Under the pieces are notes generated by a model, which saw only the letters and a program-made list of their open reading frames with translations, ran no database searches and was not told where the DNA came from. A stretch of DNA of 32,000 bases from NCBI RefSeq assembly GCF_000146505.1, contig NC_017448.1, positions 1 through 32,000 on the forward strand, given 5' to 3'. The position numbers and the translations under genes are program-made. The DNA comes from Fibrobacter succinogenes subsp. succinogenes S85. GTDB taxonomy: Bacteria; Fibrobacterota; Fibrobacteria; Fibrobacterales; Fibrobacteraceae. Below are positions 1 through 9,113 of this stretch, piece after piece (position 1 is the stretch's first letter; every line of letters begins with the position of its first letter).

Positions 1-39
1 TTGCTTGCTCTTTTATACTTTGGATTGGTTTTTTAGATC

Positions 40-1503
40 GTGGAAAATACTGTTTCTTTGTTGGATATTGCAGAGTCGCCCTGGCAACAGGTGCTCGACC
101 GCGTGCGTTCGGAATGCAAGGACTTTTTTGGTGCCGTAATTCTTGACGCTCTTGGTTATGAGGGAATGTGCAATGGCTATGCCTTGCTCACTGTTCCTGA
201 TGAGCTTCGCGAGAACTGGGTGAATTCCCATTATGGCGATTTGTTGCGCAAGTCCTTTACGGCTGTATTTGGTAGTGAATTTGTTGATTATCGCATCCGT
301 CAGATTGCTCCTTCGGACCCGATTCCCGAAATCAAGCTCACGATGCCTGTTATTCCGCGTCCCGAGAAAAAGAAGGCCGAGGTTAAGCGCCCGAAGCAGC
401 CTTTGGCTCTTTATGCCCGCTATACTTTTGAAAACTTTGTCGAAGGGGAGTGCAATTCTACGGCTTTCCGCGCTTGCCAGGCGGTGGCCGAAAATCCGGG
501 TGACCCGGCTTTGAATCCGCTTTTTGTCTATGGCGAAAGTGGCCTTGGTAAGACGCACTTGTTGCAGTCCATTGCTGCTAAAATCCAGAAGAGCCGCCCT
601 GAAGCATCCATTGTCTATTGCCACGCTTATGATTTTTTGCGTGATGCAACGGCTATGGCGTCTGCGCTCCACAACAAGACGGGCAATGTGCGTGAACTAG
701 CAGAGAAGTTCCGCGAACGCTATGAACTTTGCGATGTGCTTTTGCTTGACGATGTTCAGCTCCTGGAAAAGGGCCTCTGGACGCAGGACCGCCTTGCTAT
801 TTTGATTAAGCATTTGCGTGCCGAAGGTAAGCAGGTCGTGATTTCTTGCGACCGCCATCCGAACCTGTTTAGGGTGGTCGATACGGATAACGAATCCCGT
901 GGTTCATCCAGATCTTCGATCCCGAGCATCTCTAAGAAGCTCCTTGCTCCGCTTGCCTCCTGTGTGGCTGTGGGCATTGATGAACCGGATCTTGCGACCC
1001 GTATGAACTTGATTAGCAAGAAGTCCGAAGATTTGCCGTTTGCAAAGGGTGACCGCGAAGAAATTTGCCGCTACCTTTCGATGCAGCCGCGTAAGAACGT
1101 TCGCCTGATTGAAGGTCTTTTGAACTTCCTCGGTGCGATGAACATGTTCTGCAAGGCCGATTTGAACTTGAATGGCGTGAAGCGCCTCGTGGCACCGTCG
1201 GAACATGGCGGCCATGTGGAACTCACCGCCAAGAACATTATTGAAGCGGTTGCTATGGATTATCGTGTCGAGGTCTGTGAGCTCTCGTCCAAGCGCCAGG
1301 CTGCCGCGATTTCTATGCCCCGCAAGGTGGCGATGTTCCTTTGCCGCGAACTCACGACCGATTCGCTCCAGAATATCGGTGCGATGTTCTGCAGGGACTA
1401 TGCCACTGTAATCGCCGCCATTAATTCCCTGAAAAAGCAGATGGAAACGGATGCGTCACTCGCAAGGCGCGTTCAAGATATCCGTTATATGCTGGAAGCC
1501 TAG
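40..1503 (+). CDS. dnaA: chromosomal replication initiator protein DnaA
   Basis: 487-aa ORF with a GTG start at 40. Motifs: Walker A GESGLGKTHLL, Walker B LLLDDVQLL, sensor I VVISCDRHP, sensor II KNVRLIEG, and C-terminal domain IV (PRKVAMFLCRELT..SLQNIGAMFCRDYATV). The exact start codon is uncertain. Confidence 0.9.
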   Translation: MENTVSLLDIAESPWQQVLDRVRSECKDFFGAVILDALGYEGMCNGYALLTVPDELRENWVNSHYGDLLRKSFTAVFGSEFVDYRIRQIAPSDPIPEIKLTMPVIPRPEKKKAEVKRPKQPLALYARYTFENFVEGECNSTAFRACQAVAENPGDPALNPLFVYGESGLGKTHLLQSIAAKIQKSRPEASIVYCHAYDFLRDATAMASALHNKTGNVRELAEKFRERYELCDVLLLDDVQLLEKGLWTQDRLAILIKHLRAEGKQVVISCDRHPNLFRVVDTDNESRGSSRSSIPSISKKLLAPLASCVAVGIDEPDLATRMNLISKKSEDLPFAKGDREEICRYLSMQPRKNVRLIEGLLNFLGAMNMFCKADLNLNGVKRLVAPSEHGGHVELTAKNIIEAVAMDYRVEVCELSSKRQAAAISMPRKVAMFLCRELTTDSLQNIGAMFCRDYATVIAAINSLKKQMETDASLARRVQDIRYMLEA

Positions 1504-1504
1504 C

Positions 1505-2371
1505 ATGATTGCTCTTTTAACGGGTGGCGCCGGCGTCGTAGGGAAGGCGTTGTGCCGGGAACTAATAGCACGGGGAGTGTGTGTCCGCGTCTTGACGCTT
1601 CCGGGCGATTCTTTGGCGAAGTCCTTACCGAGCGAGGTGGATGTCCGTTACGGCGATGTCACCGATTTTGATTCTATCCGAGGGGCGTTTGAAAACGTCG
1701 ATGTCGTCTATCACTTGGCGGCAATTCTTTTATCGACAAAACGCGGTGCTTTTGAGCACGTGAATACGGATGGCACGCGAAATGTGCTTGAAGCTAGCAA
1801 GCTTGCAGGCGTCCGCCGTTTCCTCTATGTCTCCAGCATCTCGGTAACGTACCCGATACTCACGCCGTATGGCGAAAGCAAAAAGAAAGGGGAATCTTTA
1901 GTGCATGCCTCCGGACTTGATTGGACGATTGTGCGCCCGACGCTTGTGATTGGCGATGGGGGCGGTGTCGAGTTCAACATGTTCCGCGATTACGTGAAGC
2001 GTTTCCCGGTCTATTTTATGCCAGGTGGCGGCAAATGCCTCAAACGCCCGGTCCGCAGTGTGGATTTGGTCAAGGGAATTGCCGTGGCTGGGCTTATGCC
2101 ATGTGCGGTGGGGAAGACTTATGCCCTTGCGGGTTCAACCGTAATGACGATGGCGGAAATGGCTAAGCATGTGCTGACTGACGCCGGGATGCATCACCTG
2201 ATGGTTCCGCTCCCGTGGTGGATTTCCAAACGACTTGCCGTCCTGAAAAACTGGATTGGTGGCAAGCGCGTGTCTGCCGAGCAGGCTTTGGCGGGATTTC
2301 TGTACGATGCCGCCCCGTCTATCGAAGATGCCGAGCGCGATCTCGACTACTATCCGGGCAGTCCGTTCTAG
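1505..2371 (+). CDS. NAD-dependent epimerase/dehydratase (extended SDR family)
   Basis: ORF 1451..2371 trimmed to ATG 1505. MIALLTGGAGVVGKAL places a Rossmann GxxGxxG at the N-terminus, and YGESK is the YxxxK catalytic motif. The gene starts 1 nt after the dnaA stop. Confidence 0.85.
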   Translation: MIALLTGGAGVVGKALCRELIARGVCVRVLTLPGDSLAKSLPSEVDVRYGDVTDFDSIRGAFENVDVVYHLAAILLSTKRGAFEHVNTDGTRNVLEASKLAGVRRFLYVSSISVTYPILTPYGESKKKGESLVHASGLDWTIVRPTLVIGDGGGVEFNMFRDYVKRFPVYFMPGGGKCLKRPVRSVDLVKGIAVAGLMPCAVGKTYALAGSTVMTMAEMAKHVLTDAGMHHLMVPLPWWISKRLAVLKNWIGGKRVSAEQALAGFLYDAAPSIEDAERDLDYYPGSPF

Positions 2372-2375
2372 GATT

Positions 2376-2472
<97 letters not shown>

Positions 2473-2508
2473 TTAAAAACATCCATATAATACATTCTTG
2501 GAATGGAC

Positions 2509-2530
2509 AAGGCTGTTTTACAGCTTTTTT
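2509..2530 (+). terminator. weak candidate intrinsic terminator
   Basis: GCTGT-TTT-ACAGC stem-loop (5 bp, extendable with a G.U pair) followed by TTTTTT. The stem is short, so confidence is low. Confidence 0.35.
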
Positions 2531-2583
2531 CGTGTGATTTGTAAACTTTTATTGGTCTAAATTGGACTAAATAATTTATATTA

Positions 2584-3951
2584 ATGGGTATGAATAAGAA
2601 AAAACTGCTTGCCCTTTTGGTATCCTCTGCATTCCTGTTTACAGCTTGCGATGAGGAAGATCTCCCGTCTGCCCCGAAAAAAGAAATTTCATCATCTTCT
2701 GTCGAAGAGGATGATTGCGATTCCGATGAATGCGAAGTGAAGTCCTCCTCTTCCAAGTCCGAAGACAAGAAGTCCTCGGATTCAAAAGATGACGACAAGA
2801 AGTCTTCGGACTCCAAGGATAATAAGTCTTCCGATTCTAAATCTGAATCGAACTCCTCTTCTTCCGCTAAGGATGAGGCTAAGTCCTCATCGAGTGCTGA
2901 GGCTCCGAAGTCTTCGTCTTCAGTTGACGTTCCTAAGGGTGCTCGCGCTGCAAAGCTTACGGATCTCGAAAAGAATGTTGAACTCAAGTTGTTTGACCAG
3001 ACGGTTTACCTTTCTACGGGTAGCAAGCAGGGCCTTGTTGCTCTCCGCATCCAGGATGAATTGTGGCTTGTGACCTATACGGATTTTGCAAATGGCGAAG
3101 TGAAATTCGTCGATGGCAATGTTGGCAAGCAGTATGCTGAAACGGATGCCGTTAAAAAGATTTTGGAAAAACTCAAGGACAAGAACGGTTTCACGATTTC
3201 GTTCATTGTCGATGAGAACGGCGTCGTCAAGTATGCGGTCAATGGCTCGAAGGAATATAGCGAAGCTGTAAAGGCTAGCGTCGCCGTGGCGAAGGGCAAG
3301 GTTTCCAAGGCCGAAGACATTAAGGACAAAATTTACAAGTGTACCGATGGCGATACGACGAGAACGTTCACGTTCTTCGATAATTCGTATATCGTTGAAA
3401 ATGGAGTTGGTGATAAAGTTGCCTACTGGATTGGCGGCCATTATGATATCCAACGTAGCACGTTGTTGATGCGTCCGGCATACTATAACAAGCCAGTTTA
3501 TTCAATGTATGCTTATTCTGTCGGAACGGAAAATACCATTTCTATGTCTAATGGCGAAACGACAACGACGATGAACTGCAAGGTCGAAGCTAGCGAATAC
3601 GAATACGAAAAGGCTAGTGATTTCGTCGGTGAATGGCAAGCTCAGAAAGATGGCGTTGAGTGGAAATTTACGCTCAAGGCCGATGGAACCTATGAACTTG
3701 TTGCATTCGAAGGCAACAACGTCAATAGTGCTGAATACAAGATAGGTTCCTGGGAAATTTATGGTTACCACTTGATGATGCACAATACGGGTTGCCAGCA
3801 TCAGGACAAGTGTACGTCGAGCATCCATGGCCAGCTCCAGACGGGACCGATTGATAAAGCGACCAACAAGATTAGCGGTTTCTCTTTCATCCATAGTGAC
3901 CCGGATACGCCGAAGATCCCGACCTCTTTCGATGCTCCGCAGTACGAGTAG
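2584..3951 (+). CDS. lipoprotein of unknown function with a Ser/Asp/Lys-rich linker
   Basis: The signal peptide plus lipobox is MGMNKKKLLALLVSSAFLFTAC. A roughly 100-aa low-complexity linker with KKSSDSKD-type repeats precedes a roughly 300-aa globular part with no motif I recognise. ATG 2590 is an alternative start. Confidence 0.8.
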   Translation: MGMNKKKLLALLVSSAFLFTACDEEDLPSAPKKEISSSSVEEDDCDSDECEVKSSSSKSEDKKSSDSKDDDKKSSDSKDNKSSDSKSESNSSSSAKDEAKSSSSAEAPKSSSSVDVPKGARAAKLTDLEKNVELKLFDQTVYLSTGSKQGLVALRIQDELWLVTYTDFANGEVKFVDGNVGKQYAETDAVKKILEKLKDKNGFTISFIVDENGVVKYAVNGSKEYSEAVKASVAVAKGKVSKAEDIKDKIYKCTDGDTTRTFTFFDNSYIVENGVGDKVAYWIGGHYDIQRSTLLMRPAYYNKPVYSMYAYSVGTENTISMSNGETTTTMNCKVEASEYEYEKASDFVGEWQAQKDGVEWKFTLKADGTYELVAFEGNNVNSAEYKIGSWEIYGYHLMMHNTGCQHQDKCTSSIHGQLQTGPIDKATNKISGFSFIHSDPDTPKIPTSFDAPQYE

Positions 3952-3954
3952 TAG

Positions 3955-4010
3955 TTAGAACTTAGAACATTGCTCGTCTCTCTAAGCTCTGCTAACTAAG
4001 TTCTGCCAAC
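3955..4010 (+). repeat. composite intergenic repeat, copy B: (TTAGAAC)x2 plus a degenerate inverted part
   Basis: Two heptads at 3955..3968 begin 3 nt after the TAG stop. They are followed by CTCTAAGCTCTGC and CTAAGTTCTGCCAAC (3996..4010), the same 15-mer as in copies A and C. Confidence 0.85.
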
Positions 4011-4030
4011 TTGCATTTTATAGTGCATTT

Positions 4031-4066
4031 AAAAAAGTGCATCGCTTACGGGCGGTGCATTTTTTT
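4031..4066 (+). terminator. intrinsic terminator-like hairpin
   Basis: AAAAAA-GTGCATCGC-ttacgg-GCGGTGCAT-TTTTTT: a 9-bp stem including two G.U pairs, a 6-nt loop and a T-run. It lies 25 nt upstream of the nadE ATG, so it could alternatively act as a leader or attenuator structure. Confidence 0.55.
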
Positions 4067-4091
4067 ATTTTCTAGCGCAGAGGATATTGAA

Positions 4092-5567
4092 ATGAAACTT
4101 TATGTGGTACAGATGAAGATTTTGCCGGGCAATGTCTCGGCAAATATGCAAACGATGAAGGCCGCTTTTGACCGTGCTAAGGCTGCCGAAGTAGATTGCG
4201 TTGTGTTTCCACGATATGCACTTACTGGGCCTAGCAATAGGGCGCTCCCTGTAGACTGGGCCGAAATCCGCAAGTATGCGGGCAATATGCCGTTCTTCTT
4301 GTGTGGGGACGTGCTTGACGATACGCCGCTTTTGAATGTGGCGCATGTGACTCATGGTAGTGACTTTTATGTGGTCGGTCGCCGTGAAGTCGAAAACAAG
4401 GAACTTTCGCACTTGGCACAGGATTGTGCCATGCCTGTGGTTTGCCTCAATGGCGTCGGGACTGACAATACCGGAAAGAACATCTATGCGCTTTCGGGCG
4501 GTAGCCGCGTGTTTGACTGCGATGGAAAAATCGTTTTTGAAATGCCGCTTTTTAGCGAAGCCGAGGCAGTTATTGAATTTGTCGATGGCCAGGTGCAAGT
4601 CTACGCGGAATCCTCAAAGCCATACACAAACGAAATTGCAGAAATTCACGATGCGCTCGTGTTCATGATTCGCGAAAACTTGAAGATGTTCCATATCTCG
4701 CGCATGGTCATTGGAGCCAGTGGCGGTATTGATAGCGCTGTTTCTGCAGCCCTTTATGCCGAAGCGATTGGACCTGAGAATGTCTACCTCGTGAATATGC
4801 CGACGCGATTCAATTCGGATACGACGAAGAACGCAGCCCGTGACTTGGCCGAGAACTTGGGAACGCCATACATGGTTGCCCCGATTTCGGACATTATTGA
4901 ATCTGTTTGCCACACGCTGGAACGTTGCTCCTTTGTGCGCAACGACACCGTGATGAAAATTGCAGGGATCAACCACGAGAACTTGCAGGCGAGGACGCGC
5001 TCGGCTTCAATCCTTTCGACGGTTGCATCTGTTGTCGGTGCGGGTGTCACTTGCAATGGCAACAAGAGTGAAGCGATGGTCGGTTACTGTACGCTTTACG
5101 GTGATACTTGCGGTGTGATGTGCGCTCTTGGCGACTTGTGGAAAACTCAGGTGTACGAATTAGCTCGTTACATCAATCGCGACAAGGAAATTATCCCGAA
5201 GGCCTCAATTGATATCCCGGCGAGTGCGGAGCTCAGTGACGCGATGAATGTGGACGAAGGCAAGGGCGACCCGATTCTTTACCCGTACCACGACAAGCTC
5301 TTTGCGATGTGGGTCGAAAAATGCGTGAGCCTTGAATTCACCGAAAAGCTTTTGCTGGAAGGGACGCTTGGCGAAATGCTCGGTGTAGATGCTGCTTACT
5401 TCAAGGCTCATTTGCCGACGACCGAAGCGGCTCTCGAGGATATGCGCTTCTGGTATCGTCGGTTCAAGGGGCTTGCCTTGGCAAAGCGTATCCAGTTTCC
5501 GCCGATTCTCTCCGTAAGCGGACACGCCTTCGGCGGCGAATACCGCGAAAGTCAAATAAGTGGTTAG
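4092..5567 (+). CDS. nadE: NAD+ synthetase with an N-terminal nitrilase-like domain
   Basis: ORF 4011..5567 trimmed to ATG 4092 (MKLYVVQ), with AGGA 7 nt upstream. The PP-loop motif GASGGIDSAV marks a NadE-type ATP-pyrophosphatase C-terminal domain. The N-terminal roughly 195 aa resembles a CN-hydrolase domain. Confidence 0.85.
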   Translation: MKLYVVQMKILPGNVSANMQTMKAAFDRAKAAEVDCVVFPRYALTGPSNRALPVDWAEIRKYAGNMPFFLCGDVLDDTPLLNVAHVTHGSDFYVVGRREVENKELSHLAQDCAMPVVCLNGVGTDNTGKNIYALSGGSRVFDCDGKIVFEMPLFSEAEAVIEFVDGQVQVYAESSKPYTNEIAEIHDALVFMIRENLKMFHISRMVIGASGGIDSAVSAALYAEAIGPENVYLVNMPTRFNSDTTKNAARDLAENLGTPYMVAPISDIIESVCHTLERCSFVRNDTVMKIAGINHENLQARTRSASILSTVASVVGAGVTCNGNKSEAMVGYCTLYGDTCGVMCALGDLWKTQVYELARYINRDKEIIPKASIDIPASAELSDAMNVDEGKGDPILYPYHDKLFAMWVEKCVSLEFTEKLLLEGTLGEMLGVDAAYFKAHLPTTEAALEDMRFWYRRFKGLALAKRIQFPPILSVSGHAFGGEYRESQISG

Positions 5568-5577
5568 TGGCTAGTGA

Positions 5578-5681
<104 letters not shown>

Positions 5682-5700
5682 TACTGTCTACTAATTTTTC

Positions 5701-5708
5701 TACATTTG
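5701..5708 (+). promoter_or_regulatory. candidate -7 promoter box TACATTTG (TAnnTTTG type)
   Basis: This is an exact match to TAnnTTTG, 48 nt upstream of the slyD ATG. Motif only, with no experimental support. Confidence 0.35.
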
Positions 5709-5756
5709 GGCTTCAAGATTCAACCGCGGGTGCGCTCGCGATTCTAAAGGATATTT

Positions 5757-6368
5757 ATGAAAATTGCAGAAAAAACAGTCGTCCAGATGCACTACACCCT
5801 GAAGTCTGACGAAGGTGCCGTCGTCGAGTCTTCCGCAGGTCGCGAACCTCTCCAGTACATCCAGGGCATGCACATGATCGTTCCGGGTCTCGAAAAGGCT
5901 ATGGTCGGTCACGATGTAGGCGACAAGTTTGACGTTGTCGTCATTCCGGCAGAAGGCTACGGCGAATACGACGAACGCATGACTCAGGAAGTTCCGCTGA
6001 ACGTGTTCCAGGGAGTCGATCATGTCGAAGCAGGCATGGCTTTCTATGCCCAGACTCCGGGTGGTCCGATGCAGATTCGCATCAAGTCTGTTGGCGAAAA
6101 GACGGCTATTATCGACGCTAACCACGAACTTGCTGGCAAGAATCTCAACTTTGCGATTGAAGTTGTCTCCGTTCGCGAAGCAACCGAAGAAGACCTCAAG
6201 CCGTTCCAGCATCACTGCTGCTGCGGTGGTCACGACGGCGAAGACCATGAATGCAAGTGCGGCGAAGAAGGCCACGAATGCGAATGCGGTGGCCATGGCA
6301 ACAAGGAAAATTGCGATGGTAACGGCGGTTGCGGCTGCGAACACCACGCAGAACACCATGGTAAGTAA
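5757..6368 (+). CDS. slyD: FKBP-type peptidyl-prolyl isomerase SlyD with a Cys/His-rich metal-binding tail
   Basis: The N-terminus MKIAEKTVVQMHYTLKSDEG..LQYIQGMHMIVPGLEKAMVGHDVGDKFDVVV.PAEGYGEYD is typical of SlyD FKBP and IF domains. The C-terminal roughly 50 aa is rich in H, C, G and E. Confidence 0.9.
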   Translation: MKIAEKTVVQMHYTLKSDEGAVVESSAGREPLQYIQGMHMIVPGLEKAMVGHDVGDKFDVVVIPAEGYGEYDERMTQEVPLNVFQGVDHVEAGMAFYAQTPGGPMQIRIKSVGEKTAIIDANHELAGKNLNFAIEVVSVREATEEDLKPFQHHCCCGGHDGEDHECKCGEEGHECECGGHGNKENCDGNGGCGCEHHAEHHGK

Positions 6369-6414
6369 GGTGTCGGGGTAATCCCGCGGGCATCTTTCAA
6401 AAAATTTGAAAAAA

Positions 6415-6448
6415 GGCTTGAACTCTTTGTACGTTCGAGCCTTTTTTT
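6415..6448 (+). terminator. intrinsic terminator
   Basis: GGCTTGAAC-ctctttgta-GTTCGAGCC: a 9-bp stem with one G.U pair, followed by TTTTTTT. Confidence 0.8.
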
Positions 6449-6496
6449 ATTTAATTTAGAACGGAGGAGTGTGGAATATTTCCCAAGAGGTTGGAT

Positions 6497-7972
6497 ATGC
6501 GTTTTGCAAAAGTTTTATCTGTGGCTGCGTTGCCAATGTTCCTGTTTGCTTGTGGCGATGACAATTCGTCGCTTAAAGTCAGTAATCCTGAAGGCGAAAC
6601 TCCGCAGGACTCTTCGACGGTTGAACCGCCTCCTAATATTCCCGATGAAGAACTGAAACCGATTGCAAGGGACTATTCCCTGATTTGGAGCGGCAAAGGT
6701 ACGGCTGAAGAACCTTTCCTGATCGCTAGTGAACAGGATTTGGCATCACTCGCGTTCTATGTGAACGACTCCTCGATGACCTTTAAGGATTTCTACTTCA
6801 AGCAGACAGCCGATATCGCACTTTCTGGGGCTTGGAGCCCGATTGGTATTTTTGGCAAGAATGCTTATGGCTACGGAAATCGCCCCTTTAGCGGTGTCTA
6901 TGACGGTGGCCTCAAGACCATTACAGGCTTGAGCATTACCGATACGGCTAGCTATAGTGGTCTGTTTGGGCTTGTTCGCGGAGCGCAGGTCAGTAACGTT
7001 GTTATTAAAGGCGCTAAACTGAATGTTGGTTCCTATGCAGGCGTCCTTGCGGGTAAGATGGATTCGACGACTGTTGAAAATTGCTCGTTTGAAGATGTTG
7101 AAATTAAGGGGGCCGACCGCGTTGGCGGTTTGGTAGGCGAAGCGACACATGTCCAGGCGAAGAATGTCTCTGTGACGGGAACCATTCAAGGCGTTAATTC
7201 TGTGGGCGGTGTCGTTGGCCGTATGCAGGATGGCTCTCTTGAAAATGTGACGAACAAGGCAAATGTCTCAGGTACTTCGACTGTTGCCGGTGTTGTCGGT
7301 TCTTTTGCCAGTGTGGCAAGCGAAGGCGTGATTAGCGCTGCTTTGAATTATGGTGCCGTGACAGGTACGAAGGATGTGGCGGGCGTTGTGGCAACGCTTT
7401 CTGCAACCAAGTTGGAACGTTCCGGTAATAGCGGAGCCGTGGTTGCGGATTCAAGCCAAATGAGCAATGTCGGTGGCGTCATTGCCGTCGCTTCAAGCAA
7501 GTCCGCTATCAACGAAGTCTTTAATACCGCTACGGTCTCGGTAAGGAGAGTCATGATTGCAGGCGGTGTCATCGGTGCTTTGAAGAACTCTTCAGCAACA
7601 AATTTGTTCAATCTTGGCGAAGTTTCTGGTACAGCCAGTAATATGGGTGGACTTGTTGGAGTTGTTGATGGTAGTGACGCTACGCTGACATTTGGTTATA
7701 ATGCAGGAAAGATTCCTGATAATAACTTTTCAGGAACGGTGGCAGGCAAGGTGACATCGACTGCAACGGTTACAAACGTTTATTACGATAAAACAGTCGG
7801 TGGAACGTGCCTCGTTGTAGCAAGCCAGATGAACATGGAACTCCCGACAGGCTTTACGACTGATGAAATGAAGGCGGCAACGTTCATCGCCACTTTGAAC
7901 GGAACCGGCAGCGCTTGGAAGGCGGGTTCGGCTACGTTTGGTGGCTATCCGGCTTTTACTTGGACTGAGTAA
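6497..7972 (+). CDS. GLUG-motif repeat lipoprotein
   Basis: I prefer ATG 6497 over TTG 6491 because AAGAGG lies 6 nt upstream. The signal plus lipobox is MRFAKVLSVAALPMFLFAC. At least seven repeats of the G(G/A)(L/V)(V/I)G type (VGGLVGEA, VGGVVGRM, VAGVVGSF, VAGVVATL, VGGVIAVA, AGGVIGAL, MGGLVGVV) are characteristic of GLUG repeats. Confidence 0.8.
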   Translation: MRFAKVLSVAALPMFLFACGDDNSSLKVSNPEGETPQDSSTVEPPPNIPDEELKPIARDYSLIWSGKGTAEEPFLIASEQDLASLAFYVNDSSMTFKDFYFKQTADIALSGAWSPIGIFGKNAYGYGNRPFSGVYDGGLKTITGLSITDTASYSGLFGLVRGAQVSNVVIKGAKLNVGSYAGVLAGKMDSTTVENCSFEDVEIKGADRVGGLVGEATHVQAKNVSVTGTIQGVNSVGGVVGRMQDGSLENVTNKANVSGTSTVAGVVGSFASVASEGVISAALNYGAVTGTKDVAGVVATLSATKLERSGNSGAVVADSSQMSNVGGVIAVASSKSAINEVFNTATVSVRRVMIAGGVIGALKNSSATNLFNLGEVSGTASNMGGLVGVVDGSDATLTFGYNAGKIPDNNFSGTVAGKVTSTATVTNVYYDKTVGGTCLVVASQMNMELPTGFTTDEMKAATFIATLNGTGSAWKAGSATFGGYPAFTWTE

Positions 7973-7976
7973 TTTC

Positions 7977-7984
7977 TACATTTA
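7977..7984 (+). promoter_or_regulatory. candidate -7 box TACATTTA, 4 nt from the ATG (leaderless geometry)
   Basis: TACATTTA-gaac-ATG with no Shine-Dalgarno. The box overlaps a single TTAGAAC heptad at 7982..7988. Confidence 0.35.
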
Positions 7985-7988
7985 GAAC

Positions 7989-9104
7989 ATGGCTAAAAAG
8001 AAAAAATTTTGGAAGTCGCCTTCTGCAGAGGCGGCTTTTCGTGGTAAAGAAGACCGTCTTCGCAAGACTCTTTGCGAAATTGTGAACGGACAAAGCCGTT
8101 TGTTGCACCGCCCGGACGAACTGTATGAGGCTATTGCGAACGGTCTTGACGATATTGAAAAAATCAAGGATGTGAAGCTCCAGCTTGAACTTTTGGCTTG
8201 GACGCTTCGTTGCGATTTCTTGGCGTTCAAGGCTGATGACGAAGAAATGGATACGTGGAACGACTTGTTCTACGATGCCGGAACGTTCTTTATTGAAGTT
8301 GCCAAGACTTATGACGACAAGGATTACATTGCGGACCTGATTCACGATTTGGCTGTGCGCCACGTGGGTGGGGAAGGCCGCGAAGTCGTGTTCCTCTCGA
8401 TTGAAGACGTGATGCCGGTGCAGCGCGCCAAGGCCTTGATTGAAGAGCTTCTGGGCGTGATTGATGCGACGGAACTTGAAAATCGCGAAGACGTTCTCGA
8501 TGCCATTTGTGATATGGCTGATGCCATCAAGGATACCGAAAATTTTGCGAAGGCTTCGCTTTACAAGGACCCGGACAAGAGCAATGCAACGCTCATCGAC
8601 ATTGCAAACTCTTACTTTGTCGCAGGCAACATTTCCATGGCAAAGCAGTGGCTTGGCGATGTGAAAGATCCGGGTGCCGAAGACGAAGAAGCGTTCCTCG
8701 ATTTGCAGGCCGCCATTGCTGACCGCGAAGGCCGCAAGACGGATTGCCTCAAGTACGCCACGCGTTTGTACGAATGCTACCCGAAGGTCATGAACCTCTC
8801 GAGACTCTGCATGCTCAAAGACGATGCTGGCGTCGACAAGCTTTTATTCGATCACATCAAGTACCGCGATAGCGGCAAGTGCGATACGAGCTTGATGATG
8901 CTCCTTGCAAATCTCAAGAAGTTCGAATTGCTCGAAAGCTACGTGAATCATTACGAACGCGATTTGCCGGGCCTTGAGGCCTCTGAGCTGAATGCGATTT
9001 CGGATGAGGTGGAACGCGCTGGAGCAACTGAACTTGCTAAGCACATCCGCGAATGGACTGTTGAAGAACCCGAAGACGCCGAACCCCTCGACGATCGCGA
9101 ATAG
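7989..9104 (+). CDS. hypothetical acidic, probably all-helical cytoplasmic protein
   Basis: This 371-aa ORF has core-like codon usage, no signal peptide and no motif I recognise. Confidence 0.7.
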   Translation: MAKKKKFWKSPSAEAAFRGKEDRLRKTLCEIVNGQSRLLHRPDELYEAIANGLDDIEKIKDVKLQLELLAWTLRCDFLAFKADDEEMDTWNDLFYDAGTFFIEVAKTYDDKDYIADLIHDLAVRHVGGEGREVVFLSIEDVMPVQRAKALIEELLGVIDATELENREDVLDAICDMADAIKDTENFAKASLYKDPDKSNATLIDIANSYFVAGNISMAKQWLGDVKDPGAEDEEAFLDLQAAIADREGRKTDCLKYATRLYECYPKVMNLSRLCMLKDDAGVDKLLFDHIKYRDSGKCDTSLMMLLANLKKFELLESYVNHYERDLPGLEASELNAISDEVERAGATELAKHIREWTVEEPEDAEPLDDRE

Positions 9105-9113
9105 GCTGATTTC

